Virus record (IMG/VR): IMGVR_UViG_3300021197_001203
Location: 1-64,000 of that record
DNA length: 64,000 nt
Strand: one strand, 5' to 3'
Origin: a virus
The notes beneath the pieces are model-generated. The model worked only from the letters and a program-made list of their open reading frames with translations. It had not been told where the DNA came from and ran no database searches. A program made the position numbers and the translations under genes. Shown one piece after another: positions 1-9,998 of this stretch. Each line of letters begins with the position of its first letter. The first letter of the stretch is position 1.

Positions 1-3000
1 GTATTAGTATCAGTAGCAGCAATCGTTAGAGTCCCTGCTGCATCGTCATATGTTTTGGTAATATTAGAACCTGCTACGATAACTCCATTGACGTAATCCT
101 CAACTTGCTCTTGAGATAATTGCGTATTAGTATCTGTCGAAGCAAATGTAATCGTGTCAGAACTTGCATTGGTTGTAATTGTCACATTAGAACCTGCGGC
201 AAGGGTTAGCGTGTCTGCTGCCGCATCCGCTACAACATTAGATTGGCCGCTAACCGATATAGTCTTGAAAGCCTCACCAGCCCCGCCTGTTGCAGTAGTA
301 TCTATTGAATCCTGAAGATTATCAAGAGTCATGTGTTTCCATTCAGAAGCAGATTCGTCCCAAAGTAATATTTTATCATCGGTTGCATCTGAAGATTCAT
401 CTAACGCATTTAGATTAGCTGGGTCGGTTAAAGCGAAAGTCGTACCTGAAAGTGCAATGCCTACACCAGCTGAATAAGTAGTGTCAGAAGTTGATATTGT
501 TCCGTTAGATGATGGAATTGTAAGACTTGATATATCGTTGCCGTCACTACCTTGAAACCTTAGAATAGCACCGTTTGATGCGGCACTTGCTGTTTTTACA
601 GTAAGTCTAGTGCTTGTATCTCCTAACAATTGAACGGAATTGTTTAGTTGAATATCACCCGATACTGCTGAGATAGTGACGGTATCTGTTGAGGGCGTGG
701 TAGCAATCGCAAGATTTCCTGAAACTGCAAGGGTAAGAGTATCGGTTGTTCCATCTGCTACAACATCAGACGACCCACTTACTGATATGGTGCTGAAAGC
801 GTTCTGATTGTTCTCTCCGCCAGCACCCGCCGCTATCCAAGTAAATCCACCACTAGCTTGATCATAACTTAGAAGATGGTTATCTGTTGGTGAATTAGTT
901 GCGTTCAGATGCGATTCATCGATAGCCCCATCTTTTAATTCTGAACTATCAACTGCATTCTCATCGATCTGTCCTGCGGCAACCGAGTTAAGAGTAGCTA
1001 ATGCACCAAGAGCTGAACCGCCTAGATTTATTGCATCTGCATATAATACCCCATCAATATATGCGTCTTTGAACTTGAAAGTGCTAGAACCTAAATCGTA
1101 ATCATTGTTTGTTGCAGGTCTTACAAACCCATCATGAAAATGGATTTGGTCATCACCCTCAACTACAACCATTAATCCCTTTCTTTGATTTGTATTGTCG
1201 TCTATTGCGGCTCTAAGTCCTGTATTAGTCCAACCTGTGCCATAAAATGAATAACTTGGATGTGTATTCGCACCTGTTCCTACACGAATTATACCATTGT
1301 ATTGACCACCTACTGTTAGTAATTCCGTGTTATTAGAAGTTGTATATTTCAAACCTTGATGGCCTGTAATGCTTGTGCCATCGCCAAACGCAACTTGTGT
1401 ATCAGCTATGCTTCCTTGAACTCCTGTTGCAGCAGCAGACAAAACGCCACTACCGTTTATACTTAGATTCGCACCTACTTTTATTCCACCTAAAGTATCA
1501 GAAGCAGCAGTCGGTAAAGAGAAATTGTTTGCCGATGCTGCTATACCGTCAAGTTTAGTCTTAAGAGTATTAGTGAAATTGTTTTGTGTTAGACCTCCAT
1601 CACCAATAGAATACGTGGTGTCCTGAGTAGGTATTGTAAATGTAGCATCGGGAATAGTGACCGTCCTATCCGCTGAAACGGTTCCAGCTTTCAAAGTCAA
1701 TTCATTATTGTTAGCCGCACTACCTTCAAACACTACACCATTTGATGTCGATAATGTTTCGACATTCTCAGTAGTTGTCGTACCAGTCACAACAAGATTA
1801 CCTCGGACCCTGACCGTTGTATCGTCTCCTGAGTCACCCATAACTAAAGTGTCATCACCAGTAAGTGCTGCTAATGCAGTGGTTATATTTGCTAAATCAG
1901 TGACATCAGCTGCCGCTTCAATTGCGTCTAATTTACTTTTCAAAGCATCAGTAAAGTTGTTTTGTGTAAGTCCACCGTCACCCACTGAATATTCAGTATT
2001 AGCGGTCATGTCATCCACTACTAGATTTATTTTACCTGACGCTACGGCACCATCAACATAAGTAGCAGAAATCCTAGTTTCAGTATTAGAAGCAAACATC
2101 TCCCCTACTACATCTTGAATCCATTCTTTGTCTATATCATTATTTGTTAATACAGAACCTGAATGATCGGGAAAAGCCCATATCCTGCTATCAGCCTGTG
2201 GGCTGAGCCATGAAATTACGCCTACATTTGTATCACTAGCACTTCCTGAAATTATAAGGCTAGACGCACTTACTTGACCCGCAAAGATCGCTTTATGACC
2301 AGTAGTAGTACCAATGTTAAAATCAGCACCTATGTTTGCATTCAACGCAGATGCTACATCAGCAGTAGTGGTGGTATTAGTATCAGTTGATGCTATTGTG
2401 ACTGTATCTGTCCCAGCAGTAGTTGTGATTGTGACGTTTGACCCTGCTGCTAGGGTTAAAGTATCAGTGGATGAATCAGCAGCGACAGTTGTTTGACCGC
2501 TTACAGCTACATTACTGAAAGCATTTTGATTAGCCCCCCCTGCACTCGCAGCGTCTATCCACGTAAAACCGCCACTAGCTTGGTCATAACTTAGGATGTA
2601 ATTATCTGTTGGGGAATTAGTCACTTTGAGATTGTCTTCATCGACAACATTGGATGCTATGACAGTAGCCCCATCTGCCGAAGATGTCACCTCTCCACTA
2701 TGGTTAGGATGAGTATAAACTGTATTAGTATCAGTGGAGGAAATTGTTATGTTGTTTGCATCAGTATGAGTTAAACTGACATTAGAACCTGCTACGAACT
2801 TAATATCTTGTGTCCCACTACTGGCACCACTCTTGGTCAAACGTAATAGAATGTCGTTGGTTGAATCGACAAAAGATGAAGTAAATACATTTTGAGTATT
2901 AGTATCTGTTGTTAGCTGACTCGTTAAGGCAATAGTGCCTGTTGCATCCGGCAAAGTAATTGTTCGGTCAGCACTTACTGTCCCCGCTTTTAGGGACACT

Positions 3001-4613
3001 TCGTTGTTATCCGCATTAGAACCTTCAAAGATAACACCATTAGATGTTGAAACGGTTTCAACGTGATTCGTGGTTGTAGTCCCTGTCACTACAATTGAAC
3101 CGGGAAATGTAGTAGTTGTGCTGCCGTCTCCGATTTGAAGTGCATCACCCCCTATTGCCCCCCCTAAAGCTGATTTTACGTTAGCGGAATCTGTCACATC
3201 AGCAGATGCTTCTATACCATCCAACTTTGTCTTGAGGGCATTTGTGAAATTGTTTTGTGTTAAACCTCCATCTCCTACTGAATATTCGGTATTTGTATCA
3301 GTGGCGGTAAAGGTGATAGTATCGCTACCAGCTGTTGTAGTTATTGTGACATTAGCCCCGCCGACAAAAGTCAAGGTATCAGTGGTCGAATCTGCGGCGA
3401 CACTTGTTTGACCTGATACAGCAATAGTGCTGAAAGCATTTTGATTATTCTCCCCTACACTTGCTGGTGCAATCCATGTAAACCCGCCCGAAGCTTGATC
3501 GTAGCTTAAAATATAATTATCAGTAGGGGTATTGGTGACATCTAATTTTACTTCACTGATTGAATCATCGGTTATACTAAGTGTGTCTCCACTAAGAGTT
3601 AAACCTGTCCCCACTGCCAAGTTTGTATGACTTGATATGTCTATTGAATTGAGTAAAGCCATACTGCCTAGACCTAAATTGCTTCGTGCGGTTCCTGCAT
3701 TAACAAGATCAGATAAATTACTTGCCTTTGCTAACTTAGTGCCTATGCTTGTAGTAATTGTCGAGGCAAAAGAAGCATCATCATTTATTGCTGCTGCAAG
3801 CTCATTGAGGGTGTCTAATGCCCCCGGTGCGCCCCCTACAATTGTATCGACATAATCCTTGATTGCTGCTGATGTCATCAAAGTAGTATCATTATCTGCA
3901 AATGATTCTGAGCTTAATTGAAGAGTATTGGCCGCTAATTGAGAAATAGTCAAACCACTTACATTTAATGTCACATCTCCCGATACGCCACCCCCAGTCA
4001 GCCCAGTTCCTGCTACTACGCTACTTATGTCCCCGGTACTAGCAACTACCCAATTGTCGCCATTTCCTACTATTGATTGCCCATCAGTGGGGGTAAGTAG
4101 GGACAATTCTGTTAATCTTGCACTAAGCGTTTGATATATATTAGCCCCTGTGACCGCATTTGTAGTCGGATTAATAAAAGTGGTTTCAGTTTCAGCGGTC
4201 ATGCTGAAGGTCACAATTTCACATTGCATCGTATATCTGAATAGTTTTTTAGTACGGTCAGATAAGTCAGTACGTGTTTTGAAAATAATCCGATCAAAGT
4301 TTATTCCATCTCCTTTTCTAAACCCATGTAAAATCCTCCTGACCTCATTTCTTAATTCAGATAACCTCTCCCTGCTTTTTACAGTCCTAATGTCTAAAGT
4401 TAGGTTAATGTGTTCATTAACGAAATCGTACAATAACTCAGGCTGTGCTTCATTATGTGCTGTCTCAAATATACGAATTACGTCTTTGTCTTGAAGCCTT
4501 ACTCTTTTCCCATCACCCTTATCCAAATTGGCTATGTCTTGTATAGAAGGCTTAGGGGCCTTAGTCCAATTCGCATCAAGAATGTTAGTGACAATTGCGA
4601 TTGCGTCTGTCAT
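1..4613 (-). CDS. Large fibre protein (partial, runs off window): N-terminal ~135-aa tail-terminator/completion-like domain fused to repetitive Thr/Ser/Gly-rich fibre
   Basis: Absent from the ORF track, consistent with no in-window stop. The ATG at 4613 overlaps the upstream stop (ATGA) and reads MTDAIAIVTNILDANWTKAPKP..., includes the fibre motif APGALDTLNELAAAINDDASFASTIT, and the same frame reads IVAGSNITKTYDDAAGTLTIAATDTN at the window edge (>=1537 codons). Confidence 0.85.
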   Translation of the reverse strand, partial: MTDAIAIVTNILDANWTKAPKPSIQDIANLDKGDGKRVRLQDKDVIRIFETAHNEAQPELLYDFVNEHINLTLDIRTVKSRERLSELRNEVRRILHGFRKGDGINFDRIIFKTRTDLSDRTKKLFRYTMQCEIVTFSMTAETETTFINPTTNAVTGANIYQTLSARLTELSLLTPTDGQSIVGNGDNWVVASTGDISSVVAGTGLTGGGVSGDVTLNVSGLTISQLAANTLQLSSESFADNDTTLMTSAAIKDYVDTIVGGAPGALDTLNELAAAINDDASFASTITTSIGTKLAKASNLSDLVNAGTARSNLGLGSMALLNSIDISSHTNLAVGTGLTLSGDTLSITDDSISEVKLDVTNTPTDNYILSYDQASGGFTWIAPASVGENNQNAFSTIAVSGQTSVAADSTTDTLTFVGGANVTITTTAGSDTITFTATDTNTEYSVGDGGLTQNNFTNALKTKLDGIEASADVTDSANVKSALGGAIGGDALQIGDGSTTTTFPGSIVVTGTTTTNHVETVSTSNGVIFEGSNADNNEVSLKAGTVSADRTITLPDATGTIALTSQLTTDTNTQNVFTSSFVDSTNDILLRLTKSGASSGTQDIKFVAGSNVSLTHTDANNITISSTDTNTVYTHPNHSGEVTSSADGATVIASNVVDEDNLKVTNSPTDNYILSYDQASGGFTWIDAASAGGANQNAFSNVAVSGQTTVAADSSTDTLTLAAGSNVTITTTAGTDTVTIASTDTNTTTTADVASALNANIGADFNIGTTTGHKAIFAGQVSASSLIISGSASDTNVGVISWLSPQADSRIWAFPDHSGSVLTNNDIDKEWIQDVVGEMFASNTETRISATYVDGAVASGKINLVVDDMTANTEYSVGDGGLTQNNFTDALKSKLDAIEAAADVTDLANITTALAALTGDDTLVMGDSGDDTTVRVRGNLVVTGTTTTENVETLSTSNGVVFEGSAANNNELTLKAGTVSADRTVTIPDATFTIPTQDTTYSIGDGGLTQNNFTNTLKTKLDGIAASANNFSLPTAASDTLGGIKVGANLSINGSGVLSAAATGVQGSIADTQVAFGDGTSITGHQGLKYTTSNNTELLTVGGQYNGIIRVGTGANTHPSYSFYGTGWTNTGLRAAIDDNTNQRKGLMVVVEGDDQIHFHDGFVRPATNNDYDLGSSTFKFKDAYIDGVLYADAINLGGSALGALATLNSVAAGQIDENAVDSSELKDGAIDESHLNATNSPTDNHLLSYDQASGGFTWIAAGAGGENNQNAFSTISVSGSSDVVADGTTDTLTLAVSGNLAIATTPSTDTVTISAVSGDIQLNNSVQLLGDTSTRLTVKTASAASNGAILRFQGSDGNDISSLTIPSSNGTISTSDTTYSAGVGIALSGTTFALTDPANLNALDESSDATDDKILLWDESASEWKHMTLDNLQDSIDTTATGGAGEAFKTISVSGQSNVVADAAADTLTLAAGSNVTITTNASSDTITFASTDTNTQLSQEQVEDYVNGVIVAGSNITKTYDDAAGTLTIAATDTN
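190..3540 (-). repeat. Internal repeats of the fibre gene
   Basis: Three unit types. SYDQASGGFTWI..NQNAFSTIxVSGQ..VxAD.TTDTLT at ~3380-3540, ~2440-2630, ~740-910 and partially ~190-270. YSVGDGGLTQxNFT..KxKLD at ~3220-3290, ~1920-2000, ~1540-1615. VETxSTSNGVxFEGSxAxNNExxLKAGTVSADRT at ~2940-3090 and ~1645-1790. Confidence 0.85.
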
Positions 4614-4864
4614 CCCCCCATCACCTCTTCAAGCCGTTCCATTGCTTCTTCTAAATCCTTATTGATAGGATGGTTCAATATCTGCTTTGCCACTATGTTT
4701 TCTATTTCTGCCGGGGTATAATTATGACCCTCAAGAAACGAAGTTTGTTCTTCATAAAGTGTTAGTTTTTGTTCAAGAGAAGGATATATGCTCAACCATT
4801 TTTCATAACATTTTTCAACCGCTTCAAAACTATCCGCTAATTTCTGAAAATATTCACTCTGCAC
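4610..4864 (-). CDS. Hypothetical protein (neck/tail module)
   Basis: 84-aa ORF translationally coupled to both neighbours. Confidence 0.65.
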   Translation of the reverse strand: MQSEYFQKLADSFEAVEKCYEKWLSIYPSLEQKLTLYEEQTSFLEGHNYTPAEIENIVAKQILNHPINKDLEEAMERLEEVMGG

Positions 4865-4867
4865 AGA

Positions 4868-6460
4868 TCAACCACCTACTCCGGCAACAATAATTGTTTC
4901 TTGATAAGGTATTAACATTCTTTTAACTTCTTCATCTAGTTTTGTTATTTTACCATTTAGGTCTAAGTTTTGAGTTCCTTCAGGGAATAAAGCAGTGTAA
5001 TCATCAGTCATCAATATATCTCTAACTACAAGTTTGGTGCAAGCATCTTCAATGACTTTATCGAGATACCTCTCACCATATACATATGAAACTTTTAAGC
5101 TATGATTTTCAAAGAAAGGATATTGGTTGTTGAACATAATAGCCCCATTATCTTCTATTGACCACCAATCTTTTTGCCTCTCAATATCTTGTGAATCTAT
5201 CCCTAACCTTTGCTGGCGAATAACAACATCATTTGCACAGCTGGCTGCAAAGCTAGAAGTCAAGTCAGTCACGATAGTAAACACATTGCCGCTACGTGAA
5301 CACAAAGCAACATTGTCTCCATTATAGACTAATGAATGCCCTTGAACAAAGGTGCTAGCATCTGATAAAGTAAATGTATTTACAGGAGACCCCGTTGTTG
5401 CTGTAATAGTTGAGCTACAATCAGTCCCTCGATCCATTGCGAAACTACTACTGTTTGAAACCGCAATGGTGCTATTGATACCATCTTCACCCTCTCTCAT
5501 GCTACTTATTATGACTTTTCCATCACCATCATCACTATTTGATGTAGCAAGATATTCGTTTGATATATTCAAATTGCTACCATTTTGAGTTAGTGAGCCA
5601 ATTTGTATGGCTGCTTTGTTTGTAAGAGCATCTTCATTGATTAAGTTAGCCAACTCGGTAGCCACTGATTTAACACCAAAATCTCTAATATATTTTGATG
5701 TTGATGTCGCACCCGCACTACAAGCTTGAAGAATACCTACATGAGCCACATTAGGACACAAGAATACTTTGTCATTATCTGTCATTGAATGAGTGTTGCT
5801 TAGTGTAAGACGAACTCTTCCTGCGGCTAATTCTTTGTAATAATCACCCTGCCATACCCCCATCCTAAGTATTTGCCTAATACTTCTATGATTAAGATAC
5901 ACCGCACCTACATAATCAGTGTAATACCTACGGCGGTAGGGTTTGAAAGTAGTGAAGTTTTTGTATTCATCGACAACAATTCTTGGCCTCCATGATTGTC
6001 TAGTCATGGTATCAATATAGTCTTGTCTTTTCTTGATCAAGTTTTCAACGGCTGATTTTGTAATACCTCTTTGTTTACTGTTAGAAATAATAGAAACAGG
6101 CTGTAAAAATGCGTTGTTTGCAGTGGTAAATGTGTTGCTATCATTTGCAGCTACAAGATTGACCACACCGCTAGACCCCGCTGATGTTGCACCAGTCAAC
6201 GTATATTCAACATTCAAACTTGTCACATCATCATAAACATAGACCTTATCTCCTGCTGAAAACCCCCACCTTCTATAATCAGCACCACTTATAGGAAGTC
6301 TAATTGAACTACCCGATACAGATGTATTAACAGCTAATGCTATTGGTTCGGTCTCAGGTAATTGAAGATATTGAACAACTTTATCCACAGTAGTATAAAC
6401 TAAGCTATCAGGGTATAGTGGCTGACTTGGCCTATTTCCGGGGTTGAATGTTGTTGGCAT
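4868..6460 (-). CDS. Head-tail adaptor/connector-like protein with inserted beta-rich domains
   Basis: YTTVDKVVQYL...VENLIKKRQDYID and LKVSYVYG...IEDACTKLV motifs resemble gp6/gp15-type adaptors. Lies downstream of the capsid genes. Confidence 0.6.
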   Translation of the reverse strand: MPTTFNPGNRPSQPLYPDSLVYTTVDKVVQYLQLPETEPIALAVNTSVSGSSIRLPISGADYRRWGFSAGDKVYVYDDVTSLNVEYTLTGATSAGSSGVVNLVAANDSNTFTTANNAFLQPVSIISNSKQRGITKSAVENLIKKRQDYIDTMTRQSWRPRIVVDEYKNFTTFKPYRRRYYTDYVGAVYLNHRSIRQILRMGVWQGDYYKELAAGRVRLTLSNTHSMTDNDKVFLCPNVAHVGILQACSAGATSTSKYIRDFGVKSVATELANLINEDALTNKAAIQIGSLTQNGSNLNISNEYLATSNSDDGDGKVIISSMREGEDGINSTIAVSNSSSFAMDRGTDCSSTITATTGSPVNTFTLSDASTFVQGHSLVYNGDNVALCSRSGNVFTIVTDLTSSFAASCANDVVIRQQRLGIDSQDIERQKDWWSIEDNGAIMFNNQYPFFENHSLKVSYVYGERYLDKVIEDACTKLVVRDILMTDDYTALFPEGTQNLDLNGKITKLDEEVKRMLIPYQETIIVAGVGG

Positions 6461-6472
6461 ACTTCATCCCCC

Positions 6473-6688
6473 TCAACCTCTATTTGTGATATAATCAGGC
6501 GGAGTTATATCCTCAATCGTCAAATCTATCGAATTATCAAATCCTCTAGCCGCTGCATTTTTTCTTTGACGGCACCTGTTAGCTGGCATTCGGGCATTTT
6601 TACCACACCTGTCGCCGGGCATAGCACCGCAAACTCCGCATGGTGCGGCTTTAACCAACTCCCAAGCTTTGTCAAAATCTTCTGTCAT
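6473..6688 (-). CDS. Tagged small Zn-finger protein
   Basis: N-terminal FDKAWELVK tag followed by CGVCGAMPGDRC. Confidence 0.65.
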   Translation of the reverse strand: MTEDFDKAWELVKAAPCGVCGAMPGDRCGKNARMPANRCRQRKNAAARGFDNSIDLTIEDITPPDYITNRG

Positions 6689-6996
6689 TGTTCATACTTC
6701 CCTAAATTATAATCCATAGCCCCGCCACATCCTGCACAGGCTGGTGTCCAACAAAAGTGAAGAAGGCCGCATTCAAGGCAACGAGTACCCGCACCTATAT
6801 TTTGAATATCGTATTTTTGTCGCCCTCTTGTTTTTACTTTAATGTCATGGCTATGAGCCGCCATGTTGTCTTTACTGAAGATCGACTCATCAGTTTTAGT
6901 CATGCCAGTAGTAAGTTCTTCAAGACGTACTTCACGCCTTTTACCTATTTCTAGTAATTCTTCAAGATTTATTTCACCAAGTTCTAAGCTACCCAC
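6685..6996 (-). CDS. Zn-ribbon protein
   Basis: C-terminal CLECG...CAGCG. Confidence 0.65.
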   Translation of the reverse strand: MGSLELGEINLEELLEIGKRREVRLEELTTGMTKTDESIFSKDNMAAHSHDIKVKTRGRQKYDIQNIGAGTRCLECGLLHFCWTPACAGCGGAMDYNLGKYEQ

Positions 6997-7011
6997 AGGG
7001 ATTCACCCCGT

Positions 7012-7326
7012 TTATGCCCTTGTCCCGGTGACTGTGATGAAAAGAGTTTGACCTGATAAGTTAGTGGAGTCTGCCACTGCATCGAGAGAAGCACCATCCG
7101 CCCCTGCTTCGTAAGCAAGAAGTTTAGCTGCTGATCTATCAAATGACCAAACATATCCTCCGGGGTCTGAATCAACAAGAACCGTTTCTAATACAGGAAC
7201 GTATTGTGTCAAGTTCAATGCTTCGCCAGCCGCAAGCCAGCTACTATCAGGGACTACTTTTAGTGCAACAGTAAGTCTGTTGCCTGTAATATTCGTTCTT
7301 CCAAGTTGCGTCACGGTTAATGCCAT
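7012..7326 (-). CDS. Putative small virion protein
   Basis: Start moved to the ATG at 7326 (MALTVTQLG), which lies 31 nt from the start of a TATA box (leaderless). Beta-rich, in the head module. Confidence 0.7.
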   Translation of the reverse strand: MALTVTQLGRTNITGNRLTVALKVVPDSSWLAAGEALNLTQYVPVLETVLVDSDPGGYVWSFDRSAAKLLAYEAGADGASLDAVADSTNLSGQTLFITVTGTRA

Positions 7327-7349
7327 ATAGAACCCTTCATGATACAATC

Positions 7350-7357
7350 ATATATAA
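7350..7357 (-). promoter_or_regulatory. Archaeal TATA box (TTATATAT) with upstream A-run, leaderless transcript
   Basis: Box starts 31 nt upstream of the ATG at 7326. Similar spacing recurs at several other genes. Confidence 0.6.
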
Positions 7358-7373
7358 GAACTGTTTTTTTTTA

Positions 7374-7898
7374 TCATTCGTGAATAACTATTAATCTGAA
7401 ACTTCCACCAGCGAAAGTACCGTTAGATGTAGCTATTGTAAATGTGACTTTACCACATACAAGCCCACTCCACGGTGCGGCTTCATCAATTACTACTCCA
7501 CCTGTGGTCGAACTTGCTGGGGCTGAAACAGTGAAATGTAATCCACTTGTATTCCCGCCATCTGCATTCAAGTTGCCGCCCTCGGATGTTTGGAAATGCA
7601 AAGCGGTGTTGCTAGCAGTCCTTACATCTAAAGCTGCGAGCGTGTCACAATACGGATAACCTGTTGATGATCCAGTAGGGCTTAAATCCATTGAAATAAC
7701 TAATGAACCAGTGGTTGCCGCATTTGCATTGCAGGATATATCTTTAGGGTCAAGTATTACTCTTGTAATCTTACCATTCAAGTCAAGTGAACCCGATACG
7801 CTGTCAGTGCCGTCTCCTTCAATTGTCAAAACCCGTCTATTAACACGGGTGCGACTAGCGTATCTGCCTACGCCATCATTAACGTCTTCTGAACTCAC
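7374..7898 (-). CDS. Putative virion structural protein
   Basis: 174-aa Gly/Ser/Thr-rich ORF in the capsid operon. Confidence 0.7.
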   Translation of the reverse strand: MSSEDVNDGVGRYASRTRVNRRVLTIEGDGTDSVSGSLDLNGKITRVILDPKDISCNANAATTGSLVISMDLSPTGSSTGYPYCDTLAALDVRTASNTALHFQTSEGGNLNADGGNTSGLHFTVSAPASSTTGGVVIDEAAPWSGLVCGKVTFTIATSNGTFAGGSFRLIVIHE

Positions 7899-8365
7899 TC
7901 AGATGCCCCCGCTAAATGTTGGCGGGCTTTATCTGTAAGTTTGGCTTTAGTGTCGGTATTTACGGTTGTTATTCCTCTTTCCGTACACCAAGTCATCATT
8001 TGTGATCTTGTTAAGCCCTGAGAGAATCCATTCGACATTAATTCTTCGTCTGATATTGTTATTGGGGCTGGTGCCTCAACAACTGGTGCCTCAACAACTG
8101 GTTCAGGTGCGACTGGAGTTTCAACCACAGGGGCTGCTACTTCTTCGATCACCTTAGCCATTTCTTTAGCTTGGTCTTTACCAGTGGTGTCGATTACCTC
8201 CCACATCCTACCGCCGTTTTCTATTGCGGGTAATATTTGCACACGAATCCAATCGTCAGGAATGTCGTCCCTTTCCATGCCTCTAGCAAAACCTAGTTGC
8301 TTACCACTTGGTAAAGTGATTTCACAATAAGGTCTTGCACCGATATACTTCAATGTAAGAGCCAT
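7895..8365 (-). CDS. Hypothetical protein with Pro/Ala/Glu linker and C-terminal SAP/HeH-like helix pair
   Basis: PVVEAPVVEAP linker and LTRSQMMTWCTERGI..TKAKL. GAGGTGA-type RBS (AGGTGAG). Confidence 0.65.
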   Translation of the reverse strand: MALTLKYIGARPYCEITLPSGKQLGFARGMERDDIPDDWIRVQILPAIENGGRMWEVIDTTGKDQAKEMAKVIEEVAAPVVETPVAPEPVVEAPVVEAPAPITISDEELMSNGFSQGLTRSQMMTWCTERGITTVNTDTKAKLTDKARQHLAGASE

Positions 8366-8377
8366 TTAGCTCTCACC

Positions 8378-8770
8378 TCAAGCATATATTAAGGTCAATC
8401 TCATTACATCGGTGTTTGTACCGCTTGGACTTGTGAAAAGCACAGTTGAACCTGAAGTTCTAATGTCTGCTGGTATTTCATATGCCCCTGAGTTGTTTAC
8501 TAGAGAAAGAACTGCTAATGCTGTTGTTCCGTTTACTCCAGTTATACCTGAGTCTGCAAGATCAAAAGTAGTTGCTGTTGATGCTGATGTTATGTATAGG
8601 TCAACAGTTAGAAGATTTACTCCACCTTCTGCTTGACCCGCTGCTACACCAGCTATTCCATTCAACCATGCTGTTGACCCGTTCCGTGTACCCATCCATA
8701 GTCTTGAATCCAAAACTACTGAGCTGCTTGCTTCTGTAATATTTACGTTTGCCATATCTTTTTCCTCCAT
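8378..8770 (-). CDS. Putative capsid decoration/minor head protein
   Basis: Directly after the MCP and beta-rich. The true start is probably MANVNI, after a GGAGG RBS. Confidence 0.6.
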   Translation of the reverse strand: MEEKDMANVNITEASSSVVLDSRLWMGTRNGSTAWLNGIAGVAAGQAEGGVNLLTVDLYITSASTATTFDLADSGITGVNGTTALAVLSLVNNSGAYEIPADIRTSGSTVLFTSPSGTNTDVMRLTLIYA

Positions 8771-8792
8771 TAATTATTCTTCTTTAGCCACC

Positions 8793-9959
8793 TTAAGCAG
8801 ATAAATCTCTCACCTTACCGTGTGCGCCATAGAAGAGTTGCCAAAGGTTGCCCATAGTGTGGAACATTCCCATTTGTCCTAGTCTGTTGATTCCGAATGG
8901 ATCGCCAGTCTCTATACCGGATTCGTGGTATAATGTTGGTTTTGCAGTGCAAAAGTAAAGGTAGTCTGTATCTAAGTAATACATACGACTTAATCCACCG
9001 CTTTCTGAATGAACGTCTTTTGATGGAATTAGTGGGACTCCGTTGTATGTTGCTACAATGAAACCAGCTTCCATGCCCGGTACACCCTTAACGCCATTAA
9101 CGCCGGGTACAACTCTCTTCATCTCAGTAAATCTTTGCTGAGGTTGTAATAGTTGCTGAATCTTTTCTAATGTATCGTAGCCAGTAAGGATAACTTTAGG
9201 CTGTCCTCCACGTTCCCATACACTTCTGAACATTCCGTCCATGATGTTTAGAGACAATGCTCTCTCAGTACCTGAAGCACCTGCATCCACGTTTGCGTCA
9301 TACCATTGTGCAACGCTTCCTGCATTACGGTCAATGTTATATTGGTCGTGATCACCAGCAGCACTTACGTCACCAAAGCTAGTTGTTTCCACGAATGATG
9401 ATGATAGACAACGGTCAATTGACTCAAAGTCGTTTAGTGTTGTATCACGGAAATCAATGTCTTTTAGAAGCATTTTATTGATTGCCTCAGCGTGGTGCTT
9501 TGCCATTTCCATCTTCATGACAGCTCTAGCATCTCCAAGACCATCGTCTTTGTCAGCTAAGAACATTGCAGTTTCAGACAGATCGAATGTATGTGCGACT
9601 GTTCTTGGTTTGTCAGCTACGTGAGCAAAACTTGGTTTGCTTGTTTCAGGCAGTGTACCGTTCTCAGGAAGACCGCCACCAACATCGAATGAAGGTTTGT
9701 CAGTGACTACTCTCCAACCGGATTTTTCCCACGGTTTCTTAGGCAGTATAGAGAACGCATTGAACTCTTGGTTCAGCTGCGACCATACTTTACGACCAAA
9801 TATAGCTTGGTAAGTACCTGTGGTACTGCTCATTAGAGGCGAGTCAGCCTTCAGTAAGTCTGTACCGGAGTATGCCCATGCGTTAGCACCTGCACCAGCC
9901 CCGTAGTATAGACGTTCCATGTCTTCTATTGTTCTCAAATATCCTCTTGATCCACTCAT
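8793..9959 (-). CDS. Major capsid protein (HK97 fold)
   Basis: 388 aa, directly after the protease/scaffold. Motifs GGGLPENGTLPET, KHHAEAINKMLL, FESIDR and YNGVPLIPSKD are typical of archaeal tailed-virus MCPs. Confidence 0.88.
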   Translation of the reverse strand: MSGSRGYLRTIEDMERLYYGAGAGANAWAYSGTDLLKADSPLMSSTTGTYQAIFGRKVWSQLNQEFNAFSILPKKPWEKSGWRVVTDKPSFDVGGGLPENGTLPETSKPSFAHVADKPRTVAHTFDLSETAMFLADKDDGLGDARAVMKMEMAKHHAEAINKMLLKDIDFRDTTLNDFESIDRCLSSSFVETTSFGDVSAAGDHDQYNIDRNAGSVAQWYDANVDAGASGTERALSLNIMDGMFRSVWERGGQPKVILTGYDTLEKIQQLLQPQQRFTEMKRVVPGVNGVKGVPGMEAGFIVATYNGVPLIPSKDVHSESGGLSRMYYLDTDYLYFCTAKPTLYHESGIETGDPFGINRLGQMGMFHTMGNLWQLFYGAHGKVRDLSA

Positions 9960-9998
9960 TTTAATTTCATCTCCTGTATTTTATATCCCTGTGCAGAA

